From Candidatus Caldarchaeum sp. (lineage in GTDB: Archaea > Thermoproteota > Nitrososphaeria_A > Caldarchaeales > Caldarchaeaceae), in NCBI GenBank assembly GCA_038885755.1, contig JAVZZH010000006.1, forward strand, positions 1-33,767: a stretch of 33,767 nucleotides of DNA. The letters run 5' to 3'. The notes beneath the pieces were generated by a model, which saw only the letters and a program-made list of their open reading frames with translations, had not been told where the DNA came from and did not search any database. Every line of letters starts with the position of its first letter. Positions within the stretch are counted from its first letter, which is position 1. Positions 18,555-27,753 of the stretch are shown here, one piece after another. The translations under genes were made by a program, and so were the position numbers.

Positions 18555-19492
18555 TTCTGGATGAATTCGAACTTGATGACGCCGCGGCCGATAGTCTCAT
18601 CACCGCCGATTATCGCGTAACTCCTCGTTTTTTCAAGAAGTTGATGAAAACTGTTTTTTACCTCTACTGGTTCAACGAATTTTTTCTGCTTGACGTCTCT
18701 GCCTCTTGAGAAAAGAAACAACGTGTAGAAAACAGCCCCTCTAGGAATACACTCTTCAGACCACAAAGCTCTTTCAGCCACAGTTTTCGAGCTTCTATCG
18801 ATTCTTATCCGCGTGACCCGAACCATCGACCTCTCCAAAGCATAGAGGGCGTCGTCGTCGTTCAGCACTAGTAAACGACCTTGTTCGATTCCGAGAAATT
18901 TTTCTAGTTGCTCTACTTCTGATGCAGCTTCTGCACGGCGGCTGACCTGCAGCTCCTCGTTCACGACCACCTTATTGTTAAAATCTTTAGCAGCTAGTTT
19001 ATTCGCTGCGTTGTTCGAATAGATGGCTTCGTCCCTCCCGATTGACTTCTGGATAAGGTTCTTGACGGCTTCGTTCGTTTGGTTTGCGATCTCTAGAATT
19101 TCCGACATTCGTTTAAGAAGAAAGGGGGATGTCGCATAGGCGTAAACTCCTTCAAGGCTTCTTACGGGGAACGCCACGAGGTTTGCATCTAGGACAGCTA
19201 CAGCTGACGAGAATCGTTCGTCGTCAACTGTGTCTGGGTCAGGACCGAACAAAATCTTGACTTGTTCGCGTAAGTTTTCCGACAGATTCCAGAAAATGCT
19301 TTTCAAGGCTCCTTTTATGCTCGACGAGTATATGATTGGGTAGCCTAAGTTATCTCTTTGAACGGGGAGGTCGACGATTTCGCCTGTTCTGCCTACGCCG
19401 GGATGGAGGTTCGAAACGGCTTTAATGAGACAGAACTCGGATATTTCGTAGGGCCCCAGCTGTGTTTGACTGGACGTGGATGCCACGTTCAT
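18551..19492 (-). CDS. cmr4: Type III-B RAMP Cmr4 (target RNA cleavage); true start may be GTG 19486
   Basis: LHPG.G...VDLPVQRD (catalytic Asp), SSIKGA, FPVRS, LWSEE.IP and IGGDETIGRG motifs. Confidence 0.95.
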   Translation of the reverse strand: MNVASTSSQTQLGPYEISEFCLIKAVSNLHPGVGRTGEIVDLPVQRDNLGYPIIYSSSIKGALKSIFWNLSENLREQVKILFGPDPDTVDDERFSSAVAVLDANLVAFPVRSLEGVYAYATSPFLLKRMSEILEIANQTNEAVKNLIQKSIGRDEAIYSNNAANKLAAKDFNNKVVVNEELQVSRRAEAASEVEQLEKFLGIEQGRLLVLNDDDALYALERSMVRVTRIRIDRSSKTVAERALWSEECIPRGAVFYTLFLFSRGRDVKQKKFVEPVEVKNSFHQLLEKTRSYAIIGGDETIGRGVIKFEFIQK

Positions 19493-19507
19493 CCATCTGC
19501 TGACCGG

Positions 19508-19520
19508 TTTAAATCTTTTT
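19508..19520 (-). promoter_or_regulatory. Putative BRE/TATA promoter of the cmr operon
   Basis: Minus strand reads AAAAAGA-TTTAAA, with the TTTAAA 22-27 nt upstream of the in-frame GTG at 19486 (leaderless spacing). Confidence 0.55.
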
Positions 19521-19596
19521 GGCCATGTTTAAGATGCTTCCCATTTTCTCCTTGTTGTTTCAACACAGGTGGAAACTATGTTGGGCGGTTGACGTG

Positions 19597-19914
19597 TTAT
19601 TGTTTTCTGAGCGCGGCCATAGCTCCGACTGCGGCTATGAAGATTAGAGCTGCTCCGATGATTACGGCTGGGTTGACCACGGGCGTGGTCAAAAGCGCCA
19701 AGCCGGCTGCCGTCAACACCCCTCCCCACACAGCATAGTAAACCAAGTCCTTCGACGAAACGCCGTACAGGATGGAGTAGGCTCCGAAAATCGTTAACAA
19801 GACGCCTAAAGCCTTGTCTACTCCGAGTTGTACTGCTCCCGCTCCACTGAGAAGCAGCAAAACTCCCGCGGACAACGCCACTACGATTAACGCACCGGCT
19901 CCGTAGCTAATCAA
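19597..19914 (-). CDS. Small four-TM membrane protein of unknown function
   Basis: Four hydrophobic segments. TTG at 19914 overlaps the upstream TGA (TTGA), so it is preferred over the ATG at 19932. Confidence 0.75.
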   Translation of the reverse strand: MISYGAGALIVVALSAGVLLLLSGAGAVQLGVDKALGVLLTIFGAYSILYGVSSKDLVYYAVWGGVLTAAGLALLTTPVVNPAVIIGAALIFIAAVGAMAALRKQ

Positions 19915-20879
19915 GCTAGTTTGGCTCCACATTCGGGGCAGAATTTAGAGCCTTGTGGAACTGGGTGTCCGTTCGGGCATGTGCCTGACTGTTGAGGCTG
20001 CGAGGGCGGGCCTAGGGGCTTTCCGCAGTTGCCGCAGAACTTTGTTCCCTGCTGGTTCTGATAGCCGCAGCTCGGACACAGTATCACTACCGTGGGCGGC
20101 TGCTGTGCTGGCTGTTGGAAGAGTGGCGGTATTACCGCGAACCCGGCTCCAACCGCGGCCCCGGGGCTTTGAGACAGAGCCTCGGCGGTCTTCGCGACGG
20201 TCTGCATCCTGAGCACTTCAGCGGCTGGCACGCCTTGCTTGAGGAAGAAAATTCTGTCCCTCCACTCGGGAGTCGTGTCAAGGCCCTCGAACTTGACGTC
20301 TATGAGCTCGAGACCTATTCTGGCTAAGGCTGCTCCGGCAGCGTTCCTTGCGATGAAGCTGGTCTCGTCGAGCTTTCCGTAAACCTCGACCACGCTGTGC
20401 CTGCTGAGCTCGTCTATCATTATTTCGTTGAAGTAGGCTCTCAGAAAGTCTTGCAGCTGCTCGGTTCCGTAGGCGCTCTGCGAGCCGACGACCTCTTGAA
20501 CGAAGAGGTTGGGTTCACCCACCCTGAACCAGAAGCTGCCGAAGAACTTGAGGGGCGCCAACTCACTTGTCTGTCCCTGTGCTCCGAACCTGCCCTGAAA
20601 CTGTTTGAGAGACACGAAGACAACCGTCGCCTTGAACGGAACCCTGTCGAAGCCAGCTATCCGGGATAGGACTTTAGTGATCAGCGGAAGGTTTGCGGTG
20701 GTTAATACGTGTCTGCCTGCCCTAAAGACGTCGTAGGCTTTTCCGTCTCTCAGGAAAACAGCCGCCTGAGACTCCTCGACCACTAGGTTGCTCCCCCACT
20801 CGATTTCGTCGAACGGATAACGCCACACCACGTCGCCCTCCCTAGCTCCAACCCACTGAATGACCTTAGGCATTATCAC
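19911..20879 (-). CDS. SPFH/band-7 protein (YdjI/COG4260-like) with C-terminal zinc ribbons
   Basis: VVWRYP..EI.WGS.LVV.ESQ.AVF.RDGK..DVF..G.H.L.T.NLP N-terminus, a Q/P linker, then CPSC..CGNC and CPNGH..CPEC ribbons. Confidence 0.85.
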   Translation of the reverse strand: MIMPKVIQWVGAREGDVVWRYPFDEIEWGSNLVVEESQAAVFLRDGKAYDVFRAGRHVLTTANLPLITKVLSRIAGFDRVPFKATVVFVSLKQFQGRFGAQGQTSELAPLKFFGSFWFRVGEPNLFVQEVVGSQSAYGTEQLQDFLRAYFNEIMIDELSRHSVVEVYGKLDETSFIARNAAGAALARIGLELIDVKFEGLDTTPEWRDRIFFLKQGVPAAEVLRMQTVAKTAEALSQSPGAAVGAGFAVIPPLFQQPAQQPPTVVILCPSCGYQNQQGTKFCGNCGKPLGPPSQPQQSGTCPNGHPVPQGSKFCPECGAKLA

Positions 20880-21400
20880 ACCACCTCCGACAACCCCTTG
20901 AGCAGCGCTGTTCTCTCGTCGACGAGGCGATCAAACTCCATCAGGACGGATTTCAGGCGGCCCGCCTTGTTCTTCCAGTCAGCTTCACCACCTTTAATCT
21001 CCGCCACCAATTGCTTGACCGACTCCGCCTTCTCTATCAAGGCGAGGTCGTGTCTCAGCACGGCGTCCAGCCTGTCCTCCCTTACTTTAATGGAGTCGAA
21101 AAGCCCCGCATATCCTGCAACAGCCTTGTCTATCCTCTGAACGGCTTTATCGAGCATGGCTCTTACTGTTTCGAACAAGAACCTCGCTTCAGAATCGTTG
21201 GCCAGCTGGCGTGCCTCAGAAGGGCTCAGAGGGGAGTTGAGGTCTGCTCTCGCCTCGGCCAGAAGGCTGCTCACCTTCCTCCTGACGAGGATGTCCGTCT
21301 CCCTCCTGAGCTCTTTCTCCTTATAGCCCCTGTAGCCGGGGACGTAGCTCAAAATCTTCTCCATCAAACCCATCTCTTTCCTGATACGCTCCACATCCAT
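20876..21400 (-). CDS. Alpha-helical protein of unknown function
   Basis: Soluble, charged, helical. PGYRGY.EKE.RRE.D and GY.GLFD segments look conserved. Overlaps the SPFH gene by 4 bp. Confidence 0.8.
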   Translation of the reverse strand: MDVERIRKEMGLMEKILSYVPGYRGYKEKELRRETDILVRRKVSSLLAEARADLNSPLSPSEARQLANDSEARFLFETVRAMLDKAVQRIDKAVAGYAGLFDSIKVREDRLDAVLRHDLALIEKAESVKQLVAEIKGGEADWKNKAGRLKSVLMEFDRLVDERTALLKGLSEVV

Positions 21401-21430
21401 ACTGCGTATACCTGCGAATACCGCGATATA

Positions 21431-22456
21431 TTAGTTGCCGTGCCCAAGCATCCCGCCCAACGCCTCCGACAGCCACCGGGCGTCGCGGCTCCTACCGTCG
21501 ACCTCCTCTCCCGCCCGAGTGGGGGTTAGACCCCGCCATACGTAGACCGCGGCCGCCACGATGAACCCCGAAAAAGCCGTAAGCGAGGGCAGCCAGCCAA
21601 AACCCATCAGCAGAAAAGCAAGCACAGCCCCGGCAACGCCGTGCACGACCCCAACACCGACGTAGGCCGTCTTCTCGGCGATGTCCGGCGGGTAGGTGGC
21701 GCTGATTACCCTGGCCGAGGAGGCGTCAATCATCGCATTATACTTCTTCCCCCTGAACTCGTACGATACACTCCATGTTGGTAAGTAGACTAGGGTGAGG
21801 TCTTTCAACAGCACCTCATCAGACCTCTCGTTAACCTTTACAACTTCTCTCATGATCAGTCTAGTCAGCTCGTTCTTCGCCGCGTTCACCGCCACATTCC
21901 CGGCCTCCTCCCTCGACAGCGTGGCGCCGTGCAGTATCCCGCCAACCTGTTTAACATACTCATGGCTGAAAAACTTCCTGACCCGTGAAACCGCCAAGTT
22001 CTCGGGCTCCAGCGGAACATCCTTAGAAGCCGGCAGCGTTATCTCGAAAAACCTCTCAAATCCCCCCGACTCTGGTTTAAGAAGGGTCCTGATTTGTCTG
22101 TATCCTCCCCGTGGGTCGGGCATCGAGTATTCAGCGTACTCGCCCAGTCCCTTGAAAACCGTGCTAGCTTTGACCGAGGCCACCCAGAAGGGATAGAAAT
22201 GCAGCCTGACCTCGGCTAGGTTTATGTGGAAAGGCAGCGATTCCTCGTACCCCGTCTGCTTCCTGACCCAGAGCAGGAAGTTTTCGATGGCTTTGCTGCT
22301 GTCGTAGTATACCGGGGTTATGAAGCGGTTTTCCTCCTCAAAGGTCCTGAACGTCGTGTTGCAGTAGCGGCATTTTATCGCGACGTCCCCCGGCAGGACC
22401 TCGTGAGGTGCGCTGCAGTTCGGACAGCGGTAAACGTTTGCAGACACGTTCCTCAC
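21431..22456 (-). CDS. Zn-ribbon membrane protein (YdjG-like), paralog 2
   Basis: CPNC..CRYC, FYPFW and YLPTW...YEFRGKKY...ID motifs; two C-terminal TM helices. Confidence 0.75.
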   Translation of the reverse strand: MRNVSANVYRCPNCSAPHEVLPGDVAIKCRYCNTTFRTFEEENRFITPVYYDSSKAIENFLLWVRKQTGYEESLPFHINLAEVRLHFYPFWVASVKASTVFKGLGEYAEYSMPDPRGGYRQIRTLLKPESGGFERFFEITLPASKDVPLEPENLAVSRVRKFFSHEYVKQVGGILHGATLSREEAGNVAVNAAKNELTRLIMREVVKVNERSDEVLLKDLTLVYLPTWSVSYEFRGKKYNAMIDASSARVISATYPPDIAEKTAYVGVGVVHGVAGAVLAFLLMGFGWLPSLTAFSGFIVAAAVYVWRGLTPTRAGEEVDGRSRDARWLSEALGGMLGHGN

Positions 22457-23472
22457 CTCATGACTCTTATGTCTGTCTCCCCGACGGTTTTCATGATTTT
22501 CTGCACGGCTGTCGCCGACATGGTACCGAGGAATGCGGCGATGGCTGCGGCTGCAGGCGGCCCTGCCACCATGATTAGCTGCAGCTCTTCGGACGGGGCT
22601 GAGCCTATGAGGGGCTGGAGGAGAACGGACGCTACGGCGGCCGCTAGAACGGCGACGGCTGTCAGGACCGCCCTCACTATACGTCCGAAGGTTGTTATCG
22701 GCAGCTCTGCCTTCAACACGGATGAGGCGTCTTTCACGCCGTCGGCACAGAGCCGGTAGGACTTTCCATGCGATTCGTAGCGGGCTTCGACAACCGGGTA
22801 GAGCAGCAGGCTGGCTGTCTTGGCGGCCGCCGTTGTGTAGCAGTCGTAGAGCCTCGTGGTCCGGGCCTCCAGCCTTCTCCGATGCTCCTCAGCCACACGG
22901 GTCTCCGCCGCCTCAAGCACTTCTTCCCGCGTAAACTCTGAACCCAGCACATCCCATCCCTTGGTCAGCGACGGCTCGAGCCCCACGGCGGAAGCCGCTC
23001 TGCTGAGCGCCTGCGACTTCACGGCTCCCAAGCCGAAGATCGATTCAAACTTCCTGCCGTAAACAGCAACAGCCAGACTCTCCTCTAAAACGCCCTCGAC
23101 AGGAACGTAAACCCTGTAGGTTTGCTGCCTCGCGTTTTTACCGGACCCGACCCTCACCGACCTTGTCTCGGTTCTGTAGCCGCTGTAGCGTGTTGATGCC
23201 TCGACGTCAACAACCCAAACAGGCACTAAGAGATACCTCACGTCTCTCAGGACAGAAGCCGAGCCGGCTCTAGACCTGACATAATTCTCCAACAGTGTCC
23301 TTAGGAACCCCTTGTCCTCGGGAACAACCATTAAAGGCCTGACCTCATGAACACCTGACGAGGAGGTCCAGCCACAATAGCCACAGACCACCACAACCGA
23401 GTGTGGCGAGACATCTACAGGCGCGCCGCATACACCACAGCGAAACTCCTCAGCTGAAGAAGCCATGACCAT
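22453..23472 (-). CDS. Zn-ribbon membrane protein (YdjG-like), paralog 1
   Basis: CGVC..CGYC, LVPVW and LYPV...YE.HGKSY...DG motifs; two C-terminal TM helices; same layout as its neighbour. Confidence 0.75.
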   Translation of the reverse strand: MVMASSAEEFRCGVCGAPVDVSPHSVVVVCGYCGWTSSSGVHEVRPLMVVPEDKGFLRTLLENYVRSRAGSASVLRDVRYLLVPVWVVDVEASTRYSGYRTETRSVRVGSGKNARQQTYRVYVPVEGVLEESLAVAVYGRKFESIFGLGAVKSQALSRAASAVGLEPSLTKGWDVLGSEFTREEVLEAAETRVAEEHRRRLEARTTRLYDCYTTAAAKTASLLLYPVVEARYESHGKSYRLCADGVKDASSVLKAELPITTFGRIVRAVLTAVAVLAAAVASVLLQPLIGSAPSEELQLIMVAGPPAAAAIAAFLGTMSATAVQKIMKTVGETDIRVMR

Positions 23473-23653
23473 GCACAGTCAACCGTCCATCATAAGGATT
23501 TCTAAAAATCTTGCAGGCAACCTTCATCAAAACCTTCGCGGGCCTTGGCTGGAGATTTCTACGAACAGCACCGACCGTGAGGTAGCATCCCCGCAACACC
23601 GGCAAGAGACAGTCCTTGGAATGACTGCACAAAATGACTACGTGGACGTGGTG

Positions 23654-23970
23654 GGTGTTAGTCTCGGATGCGTTGACTAATTTCCCGCCTCGGCTCCTAG
23701 AGGCGATGGGTGGTGTGGAGGGCCCGTTGGCCGGTAGGCTAGCACCGTGCCATGAGAAGACAGCGTAGCTCAGGGCGCAAACCCCTTGACGAAGCATGCC
23801 TCTAGCTCAGGCCTAGGATACACTGTCTCGCGGGGTTGTTTAAAGCTGGATGACGAGGACCATGTTCTCTAGAGGGGTGTCAAACCGGTCCGCAGGGCTC
23901 GACCAGATGCCCGGAGCCCTCCCGGCGTCTTACTGGATAAACCAGTTGCATAGTCTCTCCAGCACGGCCC
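23654..23970 (-). pseudogene. Internally deleted, stop-ridden relic of a paralog of the glycoside hydrolase at 30495-32396
   Basis: NWFIQ*DAGRAPGIWSSPADRFDTPLENMVLVIQL*TT..VYPRP matches NWYVQFDAKQALDIWSSLADRLNIPQENIVLGIQLYTT..IYPRP. SYAVFSWHGASLPANGPSTPPIA..VNASETNT matches SYRVFSHPLWQGLSLPASGPSTPLIA..VNASENNT. Confidence 0.9.
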
Positions 23971-24346
23971 CACCTCCCACGCCACCTCGGCCACAGCCAC
24001 ATCCGTGGCTGCTGTTAAAAGGCCGGCCAAAGCAACGACAACAACTACTTCAGCCGAGACAAACAGCTGGCTTGCCCCGTCTCGGGACCGTCTACATGGA
24101 TGGAGCCGCTGGACAGCTGTCCTTGGAAATCTCCCCTCTAAACGTCGAAGACTCGGTTCGTGAGGAACTCCGCTTTGCTTTATGCTGAAATCGCGAAACA
24201 CCGACGTCCTTCCCAACACCGAACAGAAAAAACATTAAGGGTCGGTGCGTGATTATAGTTTTGGCGTTGAGCTGTGCGTTACAATTTCTACGTGTTTGAA
24301 CCGCAGGGGCATAAATCCTTAAAAAGACGCAGTCGTGATAATATCC

Positions 24347-24544
24347 ATGCCGAAAAAGAGTTTATCCCAGAAAATCCTTGAGGCGTTCGAACTTTCTAAG
24401 CAGCTGAACAAGTCTCTGAACACACTTCCGCCGGAGATAAGAGAGATCATTCTCAAACAGATTCAAGTTAAGCCGAGACGTAGAAAACGAAGGGTTGGAG
24501 CGCGGCGTAAAACGAGAAAGGTTAAGGAAGCAGTCAGCGCATAG
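24347..24544 (+). CDS. 65-aa basic protein with Arg/Lys-rich C-terminal tail
   Basis: TATA-like CTTAAAAA about 22-29 nt before the ATG, a helical N-terminal half, a KPRRRKRRVGARRKTRKVK tail and downstream T-tracts. Confidence 0.7.
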   Translation: MPKKSLSQKILEAFELSKQLNKSLNTLPPEIREIILKQIQVKPRRRKRRVGARRKTRKVKEAVSA

Positions 24545-24654
24545 CCCTATCCACACGATTGGCTCGAGAATTTTTTCGCCGATCCCGACTAGAAAGCTTG
24601 ACACATTTTTTGAGCTGCAGTTCAGCCGCACCATCCCCGGAGCACAAAACAGTT

Positions 24655-25406
24655 ATGCCGGCGATGACGACGCGCTCGCAATAATGCTGGCTTGAGCTTG
24701 AGGTGCTTGGTATGACCACTGTCAGGGAAACGTCCACGTTAACAAAACATCGACTGACGCTTTAAGAGTTTTAGATGTGCCAGGGGTTAGTGATGTCCCT
24801 GTTTACAAGGCTATTGAGACCCCCTAGTTAGGAGGCTGGAGACGGCGGTTAACAAAACCTTTGACGAACATCGCTCTCGCTTTTCGCATCGAGCCTGAAC
24901 TCCCTAGGAAAGTCGGGAGGGTAATCATCATGGGTGGCGCGTTTTTCCTGACGCCTTACGGATATGGCAACGCCTCAGCCGTGTCCGAGTTTAGCTTCTA
25001 CGTGGACCCTGAGGCTGCGAGCATCGTCTTACAGCCGGGCGTAAAACCTTTATGCGTAGAGCCTGACGCCACAACAAACCCGGAGGCCACTCTGGAAAGC
25101 CAGTGACTTCAGTCATCATCTTCGCCGGCGGTTAAGACAGCAGCGGAAATCATGAAGAAATTCGTTGACAGATTTGGTTTCATGCAACTCCACGACCCGA
25201 TGGCTGTCGCCGCAGCCATAGACCCGACGCTGTTCAAAACAATCAACGGCCACGTATACGTGGTTTGCGACGAAGGCGCAGCGAGAGGCCAGACAATCGT
25301 GGAGAGAAGGCCGATGGTCTAGGAGGAGCCGAACGCAAAGACATGTTATGACGTGGATTCTGAGCGCTTCCTCAAACTATTTTACGAAAGGCCCGGGGTT
25401 GTTTGA
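24655..25406 (+). pseudogene. Inosine/uridine-preferring nucleoside hydrolase pseudogene
   Basis: Fragments in several frames: GDDDALAIMLA*, LG.TTV / GNV, DVPVYK, LTNIALA...IMGG...GN...SEF..YVDPEAA, LHDPMAVA..IDP, RGQT and VDSERF, with stops, frameshifts and deletions. Confidence 0.9.
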
Positions 25407-25418
25407 AGATGATGTTCG

Positions 25419-26132
25419 TCAGCCTTCACCGCCCACTGCCAGATATCTTCTTATCAGCTCAACGTCTTGATCAAGCCTGTCAGACGTCGTCTCCAAAACG
25501 ATTTTTCCGTTAACCATGACGAGAAACCTGTCGGCGATCTGGGTGAGGATTTTGTATCTTGTTCCCTGCTCGACTAGCAATACGCTGAGCCCGCTCTCCT
25601 TCATCTTGGTGATGATGCTGTAGATTCTGTTGGCGATTATCGGGCTGACGCCTTCCGTGGGCTCGTCAATCAGCAGCAGCGATGGCTTCATCAAAAGAGT
25701 GCGCAGAAGCCCGACAATCTTTCTCTCTCCACCGCTCAACGAATCAGCCTGTCTGCCGAGAAGTTCTTTCGTCTTAGGATATATCTCGTAGGCGAAGCTT
25801 AGGTCCACATCCTTCCTTCCAAAGGCAAGCCGGAAGTTATCGAGCACGGATACGCCGGGTATCAAGCCCGCGTAGTCCGGCATGTAGGCTATGCCCTTCG
25901 ACGCTATCGCATGCGTTGGAAGGCTGGTTATGTCAAACCCGTTCAACAAAACCTTACCCTTCTTTGAAACGCCTATGTTCATTATGGCTTTCAACAACGT
26001 GGTTTTGCCGACGCCGTTCCTCCCGATTAACGAGACAACCTCACCCTTTTTGACGCTGAAGTTCAACCCGAATAAAATCTGAGCCTTTCCATAAAATGCG
26101 TCAAGGTTTACCACTTTCAAAACATCACTCAT
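25419..26132 (-). CDS. livF: Liv-type (HAAT) ABC transporter ATPase
   Basis: GRNGVGKTT, LSGGE and LLIDEPTEG motifs. Confidence 0.9.
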   Translation of the reverse strand: MSDVLKVVNLDAFYGKAQILFGLNFSVKKGEVVSLIGRNGVGKTTLLKAIMNIGVSKKGKVLLNGFDITSLPTHAIASKGIAYMPDYAGLIPGVSVLDNFRLAFGRKDVDLSFAYEIYPKTKELLGRQADSLSGGERKIVGLLRTLLMKPSLLLIDEPTEGVSPIIANRIYSIITKMKESGLSVLLVEQGTRYKILTQIADRFLVMVNGKIVLETTSDRLDQDVELIRRYLAVGGEG

Positions 26133-26827
26133 CCCAGATACACCTCCTTAACCTTCTCATCGCCAGCTATCTTCTCGGGAGGGCCGTCTGCTATTACCTC
26201 ACCCCTGTGCATGACAACAACCCTGCGGGAAAAAGCGAAGACAACGTCCATGTCATGCTCCACCATCAGAATGGACATGTCAGCCGGTAGTCTACGTAAT
26301 AGCGACACTATTCTTTCTTTCTCGCCGACGTTCAGGCCGGCGGTAGGCTCGTCCAAAAACAGGACGCCTGGCTCGGATAAAATCGCCATGCCAAGCTCGA
26401 GGATTTTCATCAAACCATACGGAAGCTGGCCGGCTTTTACACTCATGTAAGGCGTCAGACCGAGCTCGTCAACTATGTTGTGAAAATTCCGCGCATCTGT
26501 TTTACGGCTTGACAGTGCAACCGTCAAGTTGTCTCTGACGGTTAGAGACTTGAACACGCTTGGGATTTGGAAGGTTCTGTTTAACCCCATTTTAACACGT
26601 TCATGGGCTGAGGCTTTTGTTATGTCTCTTCCGTTGAGAAACACGCTGCCGTCGTCGGCGGCCAGCTGTCCTGAGACCACGTTTATGAAGGTTGACTTCC
26701 CAGCGCCGTTGGGCCCTATGATAGCTGTTCTCTCCCCCTGCTCGAAGCTCAGGGATACGTTGTTCACGGCTACAAACTCGCCGAATTTCTTCACCAAACC
26801 CGTTGTTTTCAGAACCTCCTTCCCCAT
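26129..26827 (-). CDS. livG: Liv-type ABC transporter ATPase
   Basis: GPNGAGKST, RTFQ, LPYG, LDEPTAG, VEHDM and VYLG motifs. Confidence 0.9.
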   Translation of the reverse strand: MGKEVLKTTGLVKKFGEFVAVNNVSLSFEQGERTAIIGPNGAGKSTFINVVSGQLAADDGSVFLNGRDITKASAHERVKMGLNRTFQIPSVFKSLTVRDNLTVALSSRKTDARNFHNIVDELGLTPYMSVKAGQLPYGLMKILELGMAILSEPGVLFLDEPTAGLNVGEKERIVSLLRRLPADMSILMVEHDMDVVFAFSRRVVVMHRGEVIADGPPEKIAGDEKVKEVYLG

Positions 26828-27753
26828 AGCCTCTCAACCAAGTTCAAGATACCGCCTCTAGCCCCAAGCAGCAGAGCTACCAAAACAACTCCCATGAACA
26901 GCTGCCAGTATTCCGCCAGCCTTGCCGTTAAGGTGGTTATCAAAACGAAGATGAAGGCTCCCACCGACGGTCCGAGAAAATACTGGGCGCCGCCCAACAG
27001 GACCATTATCAGCGGCTCGGCCGCGGTTGTCCAGTAAGCGATTTCAGGTGTGACAGATCTCATCAGAAGCGCGTAAAACGAGCCCGCTAAACCGCTGAAG
27101 AAACCTGAAACCACGAAGCCTGAAAGCTTGTACCTGTAGATGCTTAAGCCTGTGAACTTGAACCTGTCCTCGTTGTCGCCCAAAGCCTTCAGCAATAGGC
27201 CGAACTTGGAGCCATCAATCCAGTTGAGCAGAAGCATGCTCGCCAAGAAAAACACGAAAAGCAACCGATAATAGTCTTCGATAGCGGGTAGTGTGAAAAA
27301 ATAAGAAGACCTCGGTATGCCTGATATTCCATCGCTTCCTCCCGTAAAATCACGCCATTTCAACAAAAGCGAGTAGAACAGCATCGCGAAGGCGAGGGTT
27401 AGCATGGCGAAGTATATGCTGCTGTGCCGCAGGGTCAAGGCTCCGACGGCAAGGGCGAGAGACGTCGCCAAAGCTATGCCGAACAAAATGCCCAGCAGCA
27501 TGTCGGGCACCAGCCTTGTAGTCAGCAGCGCAACGCCGTATGCCCCGGCTGCGTAGAAAAGAGAATGTCCGAAGGAAACGTGTTTGAGATAGCCAAAGAC
27601 CATGTTGTAGGAGCTGGCGAAAACGGCGAATATCATGAATAGCGATGCGAGATACAGGATAAACCTGTCGCCGGTGAAGCCCATGATGCCTGTGGCTGCT
27701 GAAATAAGCAGGACCGGCAGATGTCTTCTTAACGCTCTCCGAATATCCCCCAT
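26809..27753 (-). CDS. livM: Liv-type ABC transporter permease
   Basis: SFGH..F...GAY, YFAMLTLAF and TGGSDG motifs. Confidence 0.88.
   Translation of the reverse strand: MGDIRRALRRHLPVLLISAATGIMGFTGDRFILYLASLFMIFAVFASSYNMVFGYLKHVSFGHSLFYAAGAYGVALLTTRLVPDMLLGILFGIALATSLALAVGALTLRHSSIYFAMLTLAFAMLFYSLLLKWRDFTGGSDGISGIPRSSYFFTLPAIEDYYRLLFVFFLASMLLLNWIDGSKFGLLLKALGDNEDRFKFTGLSIYRYKLSGFVVSGFFSGLAGSFYALLMRSVTPEIAYWTTAAEPLIMVLLGGAQYFLGPSVGAFIFVLITTLTARLAEYWQLFMGVVLVALLLGARGGILNLVERLWGRRF

Noticed and set aside
23450-24219. ORFs 23450-23797, 23850-24188 and 23869-24219 as real genes
   Set aside because: They are explained largely as fragments or shadows of the glycoside hydrolase pseudogene.
24160-24235. 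GAGGAACTCC...AACAGAA resembling RNase P RNA conserved regions
   Set aside because: The motifs are only about 60 nt apart, with no P4 complementarity and no GC-rich helices.
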